DNA of 63,187 bases, the filler included, from Nitrospinota bacterium (GTDB lineage: Bacteria; JAUXIQ01), in assembly GCA_030620925.1 (NCBI GenBank). It is 9 parts of 9 records of this genome, joined end to end, with 100 filler letters (N's around TTAATTAATTAA, not from the genome) between each part and the next. Parts side by side here need not be neighbours in the genome. Positions count along the whole stretch, not along the records: positions 1 to 10,116 come from JAUXIQ010000038.1; 8 more parts are not named here. One strand, 5' to 3'. The notes under the pieces were generated by a model, which did not search any database, was not told the DNA's origin, and saw nothing but the letters and a program-made list of their open reading frames with translations. The position numbers and the translations under genes are program-made. The first letter of the stretch is position 1; every line of letters starts with the position of its first letter. Below are positions 1 to 9,427 of the stretch, one piece after another.

Positions 1-249
1 ACCCATGGCGGCGATATCGCTCAGGTTGACTGCAAGAGCCTTATGGCCCAACTGCTCGGGGGTGATATAGGAGCGGATGAAATGGACGCCCTCCACCAGC
101 ACGTCTATGGTGGAGAGCAGTTGGTAGCCCGGCCTCACTTCGGTTACAGCGCAGTCGTCCCCGATCCCCTTGATGAGGGACTCCCCGGCCCCGCCCAGCG
201 AGGCCCGTATGTGCTCTATAAGCTCAAATTCTCCAGGCCGTTCCGACAT
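1..249 (-). CDS. thiL: Thiamine-monophosphate kinase, 5' part (runs off the window edge)
   Basis: Not in the ORF track. Manual translation from ATG at 249: MSERPGEFELIEHI...GIGDDCAV...TIDVLVEGVHF...GHKALAVNLSDIAAMG, the ThiL N-terminal motifs. Confidence 0.93.
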   Translation of the reverse strand, partial: MSERPGEFELIEHIRASLGGAGESLIKGIGDDCAVTEVRPGYQLLSTIDVLVEGVHFIRSYITPEQLGHKALAVNLSDIAAMG

Positions 250-358
250 ATCTTGATCAACCGATCTCTTTCCGACTCTAGGAAATCTTCCGGGGAAGGA
301 AATCCAACGCCCTGCCAACGATGAGCACTGAATCTAACGCTGATCTTTAGATAAATCT

Positions 359-2806
359 TCAACTGAAAGACGCCCCCGCTTCACGGGTGGCGGCTGCGCC
401 GCGGCGGAGCTTTTTTGGGGCTCTGGTCGAGGGTTTCGGGCCGGGTTTGCGGACCAGGACGTGATCCAGGACTTCGTCCATCTCTTCCACCAGTATGATT
501 TCCATACCCTGCTTTATTTTTTTCGATACCTCGCCCAGGTCTTTCTTGTTCTGGGCGGGGAGGATGATATTCTTTATTCCGGCGCGCCTGGCCGCCAGCA
601 GTTTCTCCTTGAGGCCGTCCACGGGCAGGACCTTACCCCGAACGGTTATTTCGCCGGTCATGGCCACGTCTCTGCTCATGGGAATACCGGTCAGGGCGGA
701 GGCTATGGCCGACGCTATGGTGATGCCCGATGAGGGGCCGTCTTTGGGGACGGCGCCCGCCGGGACATGGACGTGGATATCCTTACGGGAGAAGAACTTG
801 CTCTCCAGGCCCAGCCTGTCGGTCCTGGAACGGACGTAGCTGAGTGCGGCATGGGCGGACTCTTTCATTACGTTGCCCAGTTGGCCGGTGAGCACCAGCT
901 CACCCTTGCCCCTCATGGGGGCCGCTTCCACGTACATGATGTCGCCTCCGGCGTAAGTCCAGGCCATACCAGTGCCCACTCCCACTTCGTCCTCTTCCTG
1001 CTCCGGCTCCGGTATATATTTGCGCACCCCCAGATAGTTGCCCAGGTTGCCGGCGGTTACCCGGTGGCACTTTTCCTCCCCTTCGACTATCCGCCTGGCC
1101 ACCTTCCGGCAGATGGTGGCCATCTCCCGCTCGACGTTTCTGAGACCCGCCTCCCGCGTATATTCCTCGATGGCTTTCATGACGGCTTTATCCGAAATAC
1201 GCAGTTGTTCATCGGTGATGCCATGTTCCTCCATCTTTTTGGGGAGGAGGAACTGCCTGGTTATCTTGAGCTTTTCGTCCGCAGTGTAGCCGGGCAGATC
1301 GATCACCTCCATGCGGTCTTTCAACGCCGAAGGGATGGGGTCTGTATGGTTGGCGGTGGTGATAAACATCACCCTGGACAAATCGAAAGGAACGCCCAGG
1401 TAATGGTCGGTGAAGGAGTGGTTCTGTTCGGGGTCCAACACCTCCAGCAGGGCGGCCGAGGGGTCTCCCCGGAAATCGGAGCCCAGTTTATCCACCTCGT
1501 CGAGCATGAAAACGGGGTTGCTCGAACCCGCCTGCCGCAAGCCCTGGATTATCCTCCCCGGCATGGCGCCCACATAAGTGCGCCGGTGTCCGCGTATCTC
1601 CGCCTCGTCGTGGATGCCGCCCAGGGACAGGTGCACGAACTTGCGGCCCATGGCCCTGGCGATGGATTTCCCCAGAGAGCTCTTCCCCACGCCCGGAGGC
1701 CCCACGAAACAGAGAACGGGCCCCTTCAGCTTGCTCTTCAATTTACGCACCCCCAGATACTCCAGGATGCGCTCTTTAACCATCTCCAGATCGTAATGGT
1801 CCTCATCCAACACTCTCTTGGCTTTTCGCAGGTTCAGGGTGTCTCGGGTGCGTTTCGACCAGGGCAATTCGGAGAACCATTCCAGGTAGGTGCGCACTAT
1901 GGCGGCTTCGGGAGATTCAGGGTGCATCCTTCCCAAGCGGCCAAGTTGCTTAAAGGCTTCATCCTTAACTGCCTGGGGCATGCCCGTCCGTTCCATTTTC
2001 TCCTTGAGAACGTTCACTTCTTCGGTCTTTTCATCCACCTCGCCCAGCTCTTTCTGAATGGCCCGAAGCTGCTCCCGAAGGAAATATTCCCGCTGGCTCT
2101 TGTTTATCTCTTCTTTGGCATCGGTCTGTATCTTGTGCTGCATGGTGGTCAATTCGGTCTCACGTTGGAGCAGCTCACCCGTCTTGACCAATCGCAATTC
2201 CGGCTCCAGTATCTCCAGTACCTCCTGGCTCTCTTCCTCCCCCAGCCCCATGTTGCCCATGATCAGGTCGGCCAGTTTTCCCGGGTCCTCCGTTTTCTCT
2301 GCGACTACCAGTATGTCGGGTGAGATGAGGCGTCCCATAGCCACCAATTTTTGCAGTTGCTCCCGCACGTTGCGAATGAGTGCTTCCATTTGAAGCGACT
2401 TTTCTACGGACGCCGGAGGGTCCGAAAAGCTCTCGACCTGCACCACGTAGAATGGTGACGTTTTAAGATACTCCTTCACGCGCACCCTCGATATCCCCTG
2501 AACGATCACCTTAACCCCTTCATCGGGGAGTTTGAGGCTGCGCAGCACGCGCACCAGACAGCCTACGGAATGGATACCCGCGGGTTTGGGTTTGTCCACT
2601 TCCGAATCCAGCTGAGACGAGACCACCAGTAACCCCCCGCCTGACACCGCTTCCTCCAGAGCCTTGATGGAACTCGACCTGCCCACAAAGAGGGGCAGCA
2701 CCATATGAGGGAAGACCACCAAATCCCTGACGGGAATCAGGGGAATACTCTCATCAAGGTCGTATAGGGGCAAAAGATCATCGGTATGCTTTGCGATATC
2801 GTTCAT
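359..2806 (-). CDS. lon: ATP-dependent Lon protease (LonA)
   Basis: LON N domain, Walker A GPPGVGKS, RGHRRTYVGAMPG, catalytic PKDGPSSG and KEK. Confidence 0.98.
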   Translation of the reverse strand: MNDIAKHTDDLLPLYDLDESIPLIPVRDLVVFPHMVLPLFVGRSSSIKALEEAVSGGGLLVVSSQLDSEVDKPKPAGIHSVGCLVRVLRSLKLPDEGVKVIVQGISRVRVKEYLKTSPFYVVQVESFSDPPASVEKSLQMEALIRNVREQLQKLVAMGRLISPDILVVAEKTEDPGKLADLIMGNMGLGEEESQEVLEILEPELRLVKTGELLQRETELTTMQHKIQTDAKEEINKSQREYFLREQLRAIQKELGEVDEKTEEVNVLKEKMERTGMPQAVKDEAFKQLGRLGRMHPESPEAAIVRTYLEWFSELPWSKRTRDTLNLRKAKRVLDEDHYDLEMVKERILEYLGVRKLKSKLKGPVLCFVGPPGVGKSSLGKSIARAMGRKFVHLSLGGIHDEAEIRGHRRTYVGAMPGRIIQGLRQAGSSNPVFMLDEVDKLGSDFRGDPSAALLEVLDPEQNHSFTDHYLGVPFDLSRVMFITTANHTDPIPSALKDRMEVIDLPGYTADEKLKITRQFLLPKKMEEHGITDEQLRISDKAVMKAIEEYTREAGLRNVEREMATICRKVARRIVEGEEKCHRVTAGNLGNYLGVRKYIPEPEQEEDEVGVGTGMAWTYAGGDIMYVEAAPMRGKGELVLTGQLGNVMKESAHAALSYVRSRTDRLGLESKFFSRKDIHVHVPAGAVPKDGPSSGITIASAIASALTGIPMSRDVAMTGEITVRGKVLPVDGLKEKLLAARRAGIKNIILPAQNKKDLGEVSKKIKQGMEIILVEEMDEVLDHVLVRKPGPKPSTRAPKKLRRGAAATREAGASFS

Positions 2807-2916
2807 GTCTAATCTCCCGGTCTCGGAAACAGGCCCATGCTAAACAATACTGGTATCAATCCCAACAACTCAGGAATATCATTTTCTCCTTTATCACCTA
2901 ATTTAACCATTACACT

Positions 2917-3783
2917 TCATATGTTCAAGGATTTAAGGTATCTCCTGAATTCTTCCCCAAGAGTTTCCTTTCGCAAGGCGTACTCTACGGTAGCCGTTAG
3001 AAATCCCAGCTTACTCCCCGCGTCGTACCGTTTACCCTTCAGCTCGCAGGCGTATATTTCCTGATGCTCCAATAGTTTTTGAAGCCCGTCGGTGAGCTGA
3101 ATCTCCCCTTTTGCTCCGGGTCTCATATCCTGGAGAATATTAAAGACCATGGGCGTCAGTATATACCTTCCGATTATTGCCAGATCGGAGGGGGCTTCTT
3201 CGGGGGACGGTTTTTCCACCAGGCCGGTCACCTTGCATATCCCCTCTCTCACCGGTTCATAACTTATCACCCCGTATCCGCTTATCTCCTCTTTGGGCAT
3301 TCTCTCCACACACAAAACCGAACATCCTAATTCCTGGTGGACGTTCATAAGCTGCTGCAAACAAGGCGTATCTGAATGAACCAGGTCGTCACCCAGCAGA
3401 ACGGCGAAATCCTCTTCTCCGATAGCGTCTCTGGCGCAGAGCACGGCATGCCCCAATCCTAAAGGTTCTTTCTGGCGGACGTAGAACACGGAAACCATCT
3501 CCGCTATTTCCCGCACCTCTTTCAGGGCCTCGCTGTCGCCTTTTTCTTTCAACAGCATCTCCAGCTCAACAGCTATGTCGAAATGGTCTTCAATGGCCCG
3601 TTTGCCGCGTCCGGTGACCATAATCACGTCCTGGATACCCGAATCCAGGGCCTCTTCTACGACGTACTGGATCATCGGTTTATCCACGATGGGCAACATC
3701 TCCTTGGGAGAGGCTTTGGTGGCGGGCAGAAACCTGGTTCCCAAACCGGCCACGGGAAAAACAGCCTTTCTCACCTTTGCCAT
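2917..3783 (-). CDS. galU: UTP--glucose-1-phosphate uridylyltransferase
   Basis: KAVFPVAGLGTRFLPATKASPKEMLP, VEKP and GEIQLTD motifs. Confidence 0.98.
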   Translation of the reverse strand: MAKVRKAVFPVAGLGTRFLPATKASPKEMLPIVDKPMIQYVVEEALDSGIQDVIMVTGRGKRAIEDHFDIAVELEMLLKEKGDSEALKEVREIAEMVSVFYVRQKEPLGLGHAVLCARDAIGEEDFAVLLGDDLVHSDTPCLQQLMNVHQELGCSVLCVERMPKEEISGYGVISYEPVREGICKVTGLVEKPSPEEAPSDLAIIGRYILTPMVFNILQDMRPGAKGEIQLTDGLQKLLEHQEIYACELKGKRYDAGSKLGFLTATVEYALRKETLGEEFRRYLKSLNI

Positions 3784-4110
3784 TTCGGGAAATCTCCTTG
3801 AGGGGCAACCCCGCGGTCAGTCGAAAAAAACTCAGGCTTCCCCTCTTAACTATGCGGCGACAATTACTCAAAATCAGTTCAGTAATGTATCAGAGGCGGG
3901 AGCTTTAATCCAAAGCTAATATATGCCTAAAACAACCGTTTCATCCTTCCCATAAACACTATCATGCCGACTCAGGCTTGGCAAATATAAATATGCTGAA
4001 CCCTGCCGGTAGAATCCCCCCCTCAACTGAACACCCCGGCCAAGACCGTCCCCTCCGAACCGCCGAAAAACCCTCTCAAATACCGGCCAGCTACACCACA
4101 ATCTGCTTCC

Positions 4111-4139
4111 TTGACACCCCTCCGTCCTTCTGCCATAAT
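4111..4139 (+). promoter_or_regulatory. Sigma70-type promoter of the anmK operon
   Basis: TTGACA-17 nt-CATAAT with extended -10 TG, about 70 nt upstream of the anmK ATG. Confidence 0.65.
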
Positions 4140-4208
4140 CCTGCCCATGCAGACTCCGAAGGACGGCCTGTAAACCGTAAATCGAGCGGCCCGAAGAAAG
4201 AGGAAACC

Positions 4209-5504
4209 ATGCCCTCCATCATCGCCATTGGGCTAATATCAGGCACTTCCATGGACGGAGTGGATGCCGCCCTGCTCAACATCAAAGGCCACGGATCGAG
4301 CACCGAAGCCACCCTGGAGCGGGCGTTCACTCTTCCCTATCCACCCCCGCTCAAAAAGCGGCTTCATGAAGCCTGCAGCCCCGCCACGGGGAGAGTCGAT
4401 GAAATCTGCCGGTTGAACTTCCTGGTGGGAGAACAGTTCGCCGCAGCCGCCCTGGGAGTAGCCGAGAGGTGCTCACGTTCCATCGAGGAGGTGAACCTGA
4501 TAGGCTCCCACGGACAGACCATCTACCACTCCCCTTCAACTTACACCTCCGGGGAAATACCAGAGCAGGACAGCGGGGCGGATACAACCGTTTCCGATCA
4601 TACGGCGCCCTCCGGACCATCCCCCGCGCCGGGTGAAGAAATAGTAAATTCCACCCTCCAGATAGGCGAACCGGCGGTGATTGCCAGCCGAACAGGGGTT
4701 ACCACGGTGGCCGATTTCCGGACGGCGGACATGGCCGAGGGAGGTACAGGAGCGCCCCTTTCACCATACGCCCATCTCCTGCTTTTCAAGCACCTCGACC
4801 GCCCCCTGGCTGTACAAAACGTAGGGGGGATAGGCAACCTCACAGTGATTCCCGCCAGGGGAGGCCCTTCGTCCGTGCTGGCTTTCGATACCGGGCCGGG
4901 CAACATGGTAATAGATGCCCTGGCGGAGGAGATCACCGACGGGAAACTGAGCTGCGACGAAGACGGCTCCCTCTCTTCCAGGGGAAGAGTAAACGAAAAG
5001 CTCCTCGAGTCACTCCTGGAGCACCCCTATTTTGAGCTGTCACCCCCCAAGGCCAGCGGAAGAGAGATGTTCGGAGCGGATTACGTCAGGGCTTTCGTTC
5101 AGAAGGGCCGCGAGCTGGGTGCCGCCGACAACGACCTGGTGGCCACCGCAGTGGCCCTCACCGCCCATTCCATAACCATGAGCTACCGGCGGCATGTCCT
5201 GCCCGAACACCCGGTGAAAGAACTGCTCCTGTGTGGAGGAGGGGCCAGGAATCCAACGCTGACAGCCATGCTCAGCGAGTTGCTGCACCCCATCCGCATC
5301 GGAGTAACCGACGACTACGGCGTGCCCGCCGACTATCTGGAGGCCATGACCTTCGCCCTCCTGGCCAACGAAACCCTGCGCGGCGTGCCCACCAATCTGC
5401 CGTCGGTGACGGGGGCCGGGAGGCCGGTAGTGCTGGGGAAGATAGTTCCCGGCAATAACTTTCGCTCGCTGGTTAAGGCGGGCCGTCTCATGCCCGGGGG
5501 TTGA
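4209..5504 (+). CDS. anmK: Anhydro-N-acetylmuramic acid kinase
   Basis: IGLISGTSMDGVDAA, GSHGQT, DFRTADMAEGGTGAPL, NVGGIGN, FDTGPGN, CGGGARN. Start placed at ATG 4209 (RBS GAGG) rather than the ORF-track start 3978. Confidence 0.95.
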   Translation: MPSIIAIGLISGTSMDGVDAALLNIKGHGSSTEATLERAFTLPYPPPLKKRLHEACSPATGRVDEICRLNFLVGEQFAAAALGVAERCSRSIEEVNLIGSHGQTIYHSPSTYTSGEIPEQDSGADTTVSDHTAPSGPSPAPGEEIVNSTLQIGEPAVIASRTGVTTVADFRTADMAEGGTGAPLSPYAHLLLFKHLDRPLAVQNVGGIGNLTVIPARGGPSSVLAFDTGPGNMVIDALAEEITDGKLSCDEDGSLSSRGRVNEKLLESLLEHPYFELSPPKASGREMFGADYVRAFVQKGRELGAADNDLVATAVALTAHSITMSYRRHVLPEHPVKELLLCGGGARNPTLTAMLSELLHPIRIGVTDDYGVPADYLEAMTFALLANETLRGVPTNLPSVTGAGRPVVLGKIVPGNNFRSLVKAGRLMPGG

Positions 5505-5509
5505 TTTCC

Positions 5510-7093
5510 ATGGATATTCTCATCAAAAAAGGAACCATATACGACGGAAGCCTCAAAGAACCCTTCACCGGTGACCTGGCCATAACAGATGAAAAAATCG
5601 AGGCGGTAGGGGAAGACCTGGGGCAGGAGGCGGGAAAGATTATCGACGCCGAGGGGTTGATCGTCTGCCCCGGCTTCGTGGATATACACTCACACTCAGA
5701 CTATTACCTCCTGATCAACCCCCACGCGCACAGCAAGATCATGCAGGGGGTGACAACGGAGATAGGTGGAAACTGCGGTTTCTCCGCGGCGCCGGTGGCC
5801 GGGGAGATGCTCCAGGAGCGGATCAGGACGGTGGGGGTAGAGCTGGGGTTGGACCTGAAGCGGCAGAGCACCCAAGAATATTTTTCACGCCTGGAAAACC
5901 AGGGAATCTCGCTGAACTACGGGGCCTTCGCAGGCCATAACACCCTGCGGGGCACGGTAATGGGTTTTGCGGACAGGGAACCCACGGACAACGAGCTTCG
6001 GCTGATGAAGGAGGAGGCGGAGAAAGCGGTGAGAGAAGGGGCCCTGGGGTTGTCCACGGGGTTGATATACCCTCCCTCCTGCTTCGCCGACGTCGAAGAG
6101 CTCGTTGAGCTGTGCCGCGCAGTGTCCGGCAGTGGAGCCGTCTTCTCATGCCATATCCGCAGCGAAGGAGATGGGCTCATCGAAGCACTGAAGGAAGTCA
6201 TAACAGTGAGCGAGAAAACGGGCGTCCCCCTGCAGGTGTCGCACCTGAAGACTTCCGGCCGGGAAAACTGGCCGAAGCTGGATCAGGCATTTCAGGTTAT
6301 AGAAGAGGCCGCGGCCCGGGGCGTGAATATCACCTGCGACCGATACCCCTACACGGCGGGCAATACCGGACTTGCAGCCATCCTGCCCTACTGGGCGGTG
6401 GAAGGGAATACAGACGAACGGCTGGCGCGGCTCAGGGAGGGACCTCACAGGGAAAAGATCCTGCGGGAACTCAGCCAAGCCAACGCCTCTGAGAACCACT
6501 GGGAGCAGGTCATGATATCCCGGGTCTCCACGGAAGGCAACACGGAGTTGGAGGGTCTCACTTTAAGCGAGGCGGCCGCCCTGCGGGGACAGCCGCCGGA
6601 GCAACTGGTGGTGGACCTCTTCCTTCAGGAAGAGGGGAAGGTAGAAGTAATAATGTTCTCCATGTCCGAGGATAACCTGCGCCGCATTCTCGCCAAGCCC
6701 TACGTGATGATAGCCTCCGACGCCGGGGCCAGGACGCACACCGGCCCCCTCTCCCGGGGGAAGCCGCATCCCAGGAGCTTCGCCACCTTCGTTCGGGCGC
6801 TGGCCAGGTATGCCGGAGACGAGGGGGTCATGGACCTCAAGGAGGCCATCTGCAAATCCACCTCAATGCCTTGCGATAAGATGGGCATCACCGACAGGGG
6901 AAGGCTCGTTCCCGGATGTTGGGCGGACGTGGTGGTCTTCGATCCCGAAAGGCTCTCCGATACCGCCACCTTCAAAGACCCCGTCAAATATCCTCCGGGC
7001 ATCGAATACGTAATCGTAAACGGCAGCATAACAGTTGAAAAGGGCGAACATACAGAAGCCAGAGCGGGGAAGGTGCTCAGGAGGAGCGGCTGA
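5510..7093 (+). CDS. N-acyl-D-amino-acid deacylase (D-aminoacylase, amidohydrolase family)
   Basis: PGFVDIHSHSD, QGVTTEIGGNCGFS, GLSTGLIYPP, HIRSE, SHLK, ASD, HPR motifs. Confidence 0.92.
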   Translation: MDILIKKGTIYDGSLKEPFTGDLAITDEKIEAVGEDLGQEAGKIIDAEGLIVCPGFVDIHSHSDYYLLINPHAHSKIMQGVTTEIGGNCGFSAAPVAGEMLQERIRTVGVELGLDLKRQSTQEYFSRLENQGISLNYGAFAGHNTLRGTVMGFADREPTDNELRLMKEEAEKAVREGALGLSTGLIYPPSCFADVEELVELCRAVSGSGAVFSCHIRSEGDGLIEALKEVITVSEKTGVPLQVSHLKTSGRENWPKLDQAFQVIEEAAARGVNITCDRYPYTAGNTGLAAILPYWAVEGNTDERLARLREGPHREKILRELSQANASENHWEQVMISRVSTEGNTELEGLTLSEAAALRGQPPEQLVVDLFLQEEGKVEVIMFSMSEDNLRRILAKPYVMIASDAGARTHTGPLSRGKPHPRSFATFVRALARYAGDEGVMDLKEAICKSTSMPCDKMGITDRGRLVPGCWADVVVFDPERLSDTATFKDPVKYPPGIEYVIVNGSITVEKGEHTEARAGKVLRRSG

Positions 7094-7118
7094 AACGTCC
7101 GGGGAGAAGGGTCCGAGC

Positions 7119-7868
7119 ATGACTCCCATCATAGGAATCACCTGCGATCAAGACCCGGGCCTCAATGACAAATCTTTCGCTCCCGGCCTGGGAGTTCATT
7201 TCCTGTTCGATGACTACATAACTGCGGTGGCAAATGCGGGCGGCCTGCCCATTCTGCTCCCCGTCTGCTCGGGGAGAAAGCAGGCGCGGGAAATCGCGGA
7301 ACTGATCGACGGGCTGCTGCTGATCGGCAGCTACAGCGACGTAGACCCCCTCTCCTTCGGCGAGGAGCCTCACCCCCGCCTGGCCGCAATAAACCCGGCC
7401 CGGACTAAATCCGAAGTGGAGCTCGTCAGGGCCGCCGTCAAAATGGGCAAACCGGTGATGGGCATCTGCGGCGGGATGCAGACCATAAACGTCGCTCTGG
7501 GCGGCACCCTGATCCAGGATATCCCTTCCCAGATAAAAGGCGCCATTCAGCACCTTCAGCGAGGTGACCCCGCGCCGCCCTTCCACACCGTGAACATCGA
7601 AAAAGGCTCCCTACTGCACCGCATCCTGGGGAGCGAGCGTATCAGGGTGAACAGCACCCACCACCAGGCCGTGGACAGGCCGGCCCAGGGCATCATCAGA
7701 AGCGCATGGGCGGAGGACGGAGTAACCGAAGGGATCGAAAAACCGGATTCCGGGTTCTGCATCGGCGTTCAGTGGCATCCGGAGCGGGTGGCGGACATAG
7801 ACCAAAGCGCCGCCCGGCTGTTCAAGGCTTTCACCGGGGCGGCCCGAAAAGCCGGAAAAGAAGGTTGA
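7119..7868 (+). CDS. Gamma-glutamyl-gamma-aminobutyrate hydrolase family protein (peptidase C26, class I glutamine amidotransferase-like)
   Basis: MTPIIGIT start, GICGGMQ nucleophile, VNSTHHQAV, GVQWHPE. Confidence 0.9.
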   Translation: MTPIIGITCDQDPGLNDKSFAPGLGVHFLFDDYITAVANAGGLPILLPVCSGRKQAREIAELIDGLLLIGSYSDVDPLSFGEEPHPRLAAINPARTKSEVELVRAAVKMGKPVMGICGGMQTINVALGGTLIQDIPSQIKGAIQHLQRGDPAPPFHTVNIEKGSLLHRILGSERIRVNSTHHQAVDRPAQGIIRSAWAEDGVTEGIEKPDSGFCIGVQWHPERVADIDQSAARLFKAFTGAARKAGKEG

Positions 7869-7908
7869 AAAACAGCAACTATCAGTCAGACACCAGAGGA
7901 GAGGCGCC

Positions 7909-8586
7909 ATGACAAAGGAGAGACTATTCACCGACGAGGAACTTAAAGAGATGTCCAGACCCACCATGGAGAGGGCCATAGAAGCCATCGACGCCGGAGA
8001 CCTGGAGAAGGCCAAGGAGCTGTGCAGGGCCATGGCCAAGGAGGGCATCCCGCTGCACAACCTCTACCTGGACTGGGCCGCTTCGCTGCTCACCTTCATT
8101 CAGGAGAACTTCGGCGGGGAGCAGCTTCAGAAAACACTGGAATACTGCGCCTCGGTATGGTGGAAACCGGTCTGCGACAGGGCCGAGTCGGCGGCCATAA
8201 AAAACGTAGTCAGGGGATCGGCCAGGATGATGCACGCCCACTTCGGCTCCTTCACCATTGAGGAGGACGACGAGAAGGTGGTCATAAAGAACGACCCCTG
8301 CGGAAGCGGAGGCCGGCTTATAAGGGAAGGGGCCTACGGCCCGCCCAAGAGTTTCGCTACAATAGAAGAGGCGGGGCCCATGACTTTCAACCGGAAGGAC
8401 TTCCCCGTCTACTGCACCCACTGCGCGGTAATCCACCAGATGATGCCCATCGAATGGATCGGCTACCCTCACCCCATAATGGTGCCACCGGAGAAGCCGG
8501 GAGACCCCTGCCTCCACATATTATACAAAGACCCCAAAAACGTTCCCCAGGAGCACTACACCGCGGTGGGGAAAGAAAAGAAGTGA
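7909..8586 (+). CDS. Conserved-looking hypothetical protein with PCGSGGR and YCTHC motifs
   Basis: 225-aa ORF with RBS (GAGGAGAGG) and genome-typical codon use, co-oriented within the cluster. Confidence 0.8.
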   Translation: MTKERLFTDEELKEMSRPTMERAIEAIDAGDLEKAKELCRAMAKEGIPLHNLYLDWAASLLTFIQENFGGEQLQKTLEYCASVWWKPVCDRAESAAIKNVVRGSARMMHAHFGSFTIEEDDEKVVIKNDPCGSGGRLIREGAYGPPKSFATIEEAGPMTFNRKDFPVYCTHCAVIHQMMPIEWIGYPHPIMVPPEKPGDPCLHILYKDPKNVPQEHYTAVGKEKK

Positions 8587-8635
8587 ACGCCGCCCGTAGA
8601 GGCGGAAAAAACGGAGCGAGGAGGGAAATTTATCC

Positions 8636-9412
8636 ATGCGGCTAAAAGGGAAAAAAGCGCTCATAACCGGTGCCGGGCGCGGCATAGGGCGGGCAACGGC
8701 CTTGGCCTTCGGTCGAGAGGGAGCCGACGTGGCCGTCTCGGCACGGACGGAAAGCGAGATAGAATCGGCGGCTCAAGAGATAGCGGGCATGGGCAGGGAG
8801 GCATTCCACGTTAAGGCCGACATGTCCGACAGGGAGGACGTTCACCGACTGATCGCGGCCGTTAAGGAACGTTTCGGCTCACTGGATATCCTGGTCAACA
8901 ACGCCGCCACCTACGACTACGCGCCCGTGGAATCCTTCGATGAGGAGGCCTGGGAACGCGTCCTCTTCGTTAACCTCACCGCCCCCTATCTCACCTGTAA
9001 AGCCTTCATGGGGGATATGGTCCAAAAGGGGTACGGGCGCATAATCAACGTGGTCTCCATCTTCGGGCGAATAGGCTACGCCAACATGAGCGCCTACTGC
9101 GCGGCAAAGCACGGCCTCATCGGTTTCACCCGGACACTGGCGCTGGAAACGGCCACCGACGGTGTTACCGTCAACGCACTCTGTCCGGGGTCTGTGGCTA
9201 CCGAGGGGATGTTCGAAATGTCAAAAGTGGAGCTCAAACACCTGGGCCTCACCCCCGAAGAGTCCATGGAGCGGTTCAAGAACACCGTGCCCCAGCAGCG
9301 GTTCCTGGAACCGGAAGAGATAGCCTCCCTGGCCGTCTACCTGGCTTCAGACGACGCCAAAGGGGTAACCGGCCAGGCCTACATGATGGACGGAGGCTGG
9401 GTCATGCGCTAG
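8636..9412 (+). CDS. Short-chain dehydrogenase/reductase (3-hydroxybutyrate dehydrogenase/FabG-like)
   Basis: TGAGRGIG, NNAA, YCAAK, NALCPG motifs. Confidence 0.93.
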   Translation: MRLKGKKALITGAGRGIGRATALAFGREGADVAVSARTESEIESAAQEIAGMGREAFHVKADMSDREDVHRLIAAVKERFGSLDILVNNAATYDYAPVESFDEEAWERVLFVNLTAPYLTCKAFMGDMVQKGYGRIINVVSIFGRIGYANMSAYCAAKHGLIGFTRTLALETATDGVTVNALCPGSVATEGMFEMSKVELKHLGLTPEESMERFKNTVPQQRFLEPEEIASLAVYLASDDAKGVTGQAYMMDGGWVMR

Positions 9413-9427
9413 CGCCGCCTGCTTCTA

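Noticed and set aside
767-2323. 518-aa ORF on the + strand
   Set aside because: Antisense shadow of lon with no recognisable motifs; expected from GC-rich codon bias.
3978-4208. 77-aa N-terminal extension of AnmK in the ORF track
   Set aside because: The region contains the promoter; RBS and family homology start at ATG 4209.
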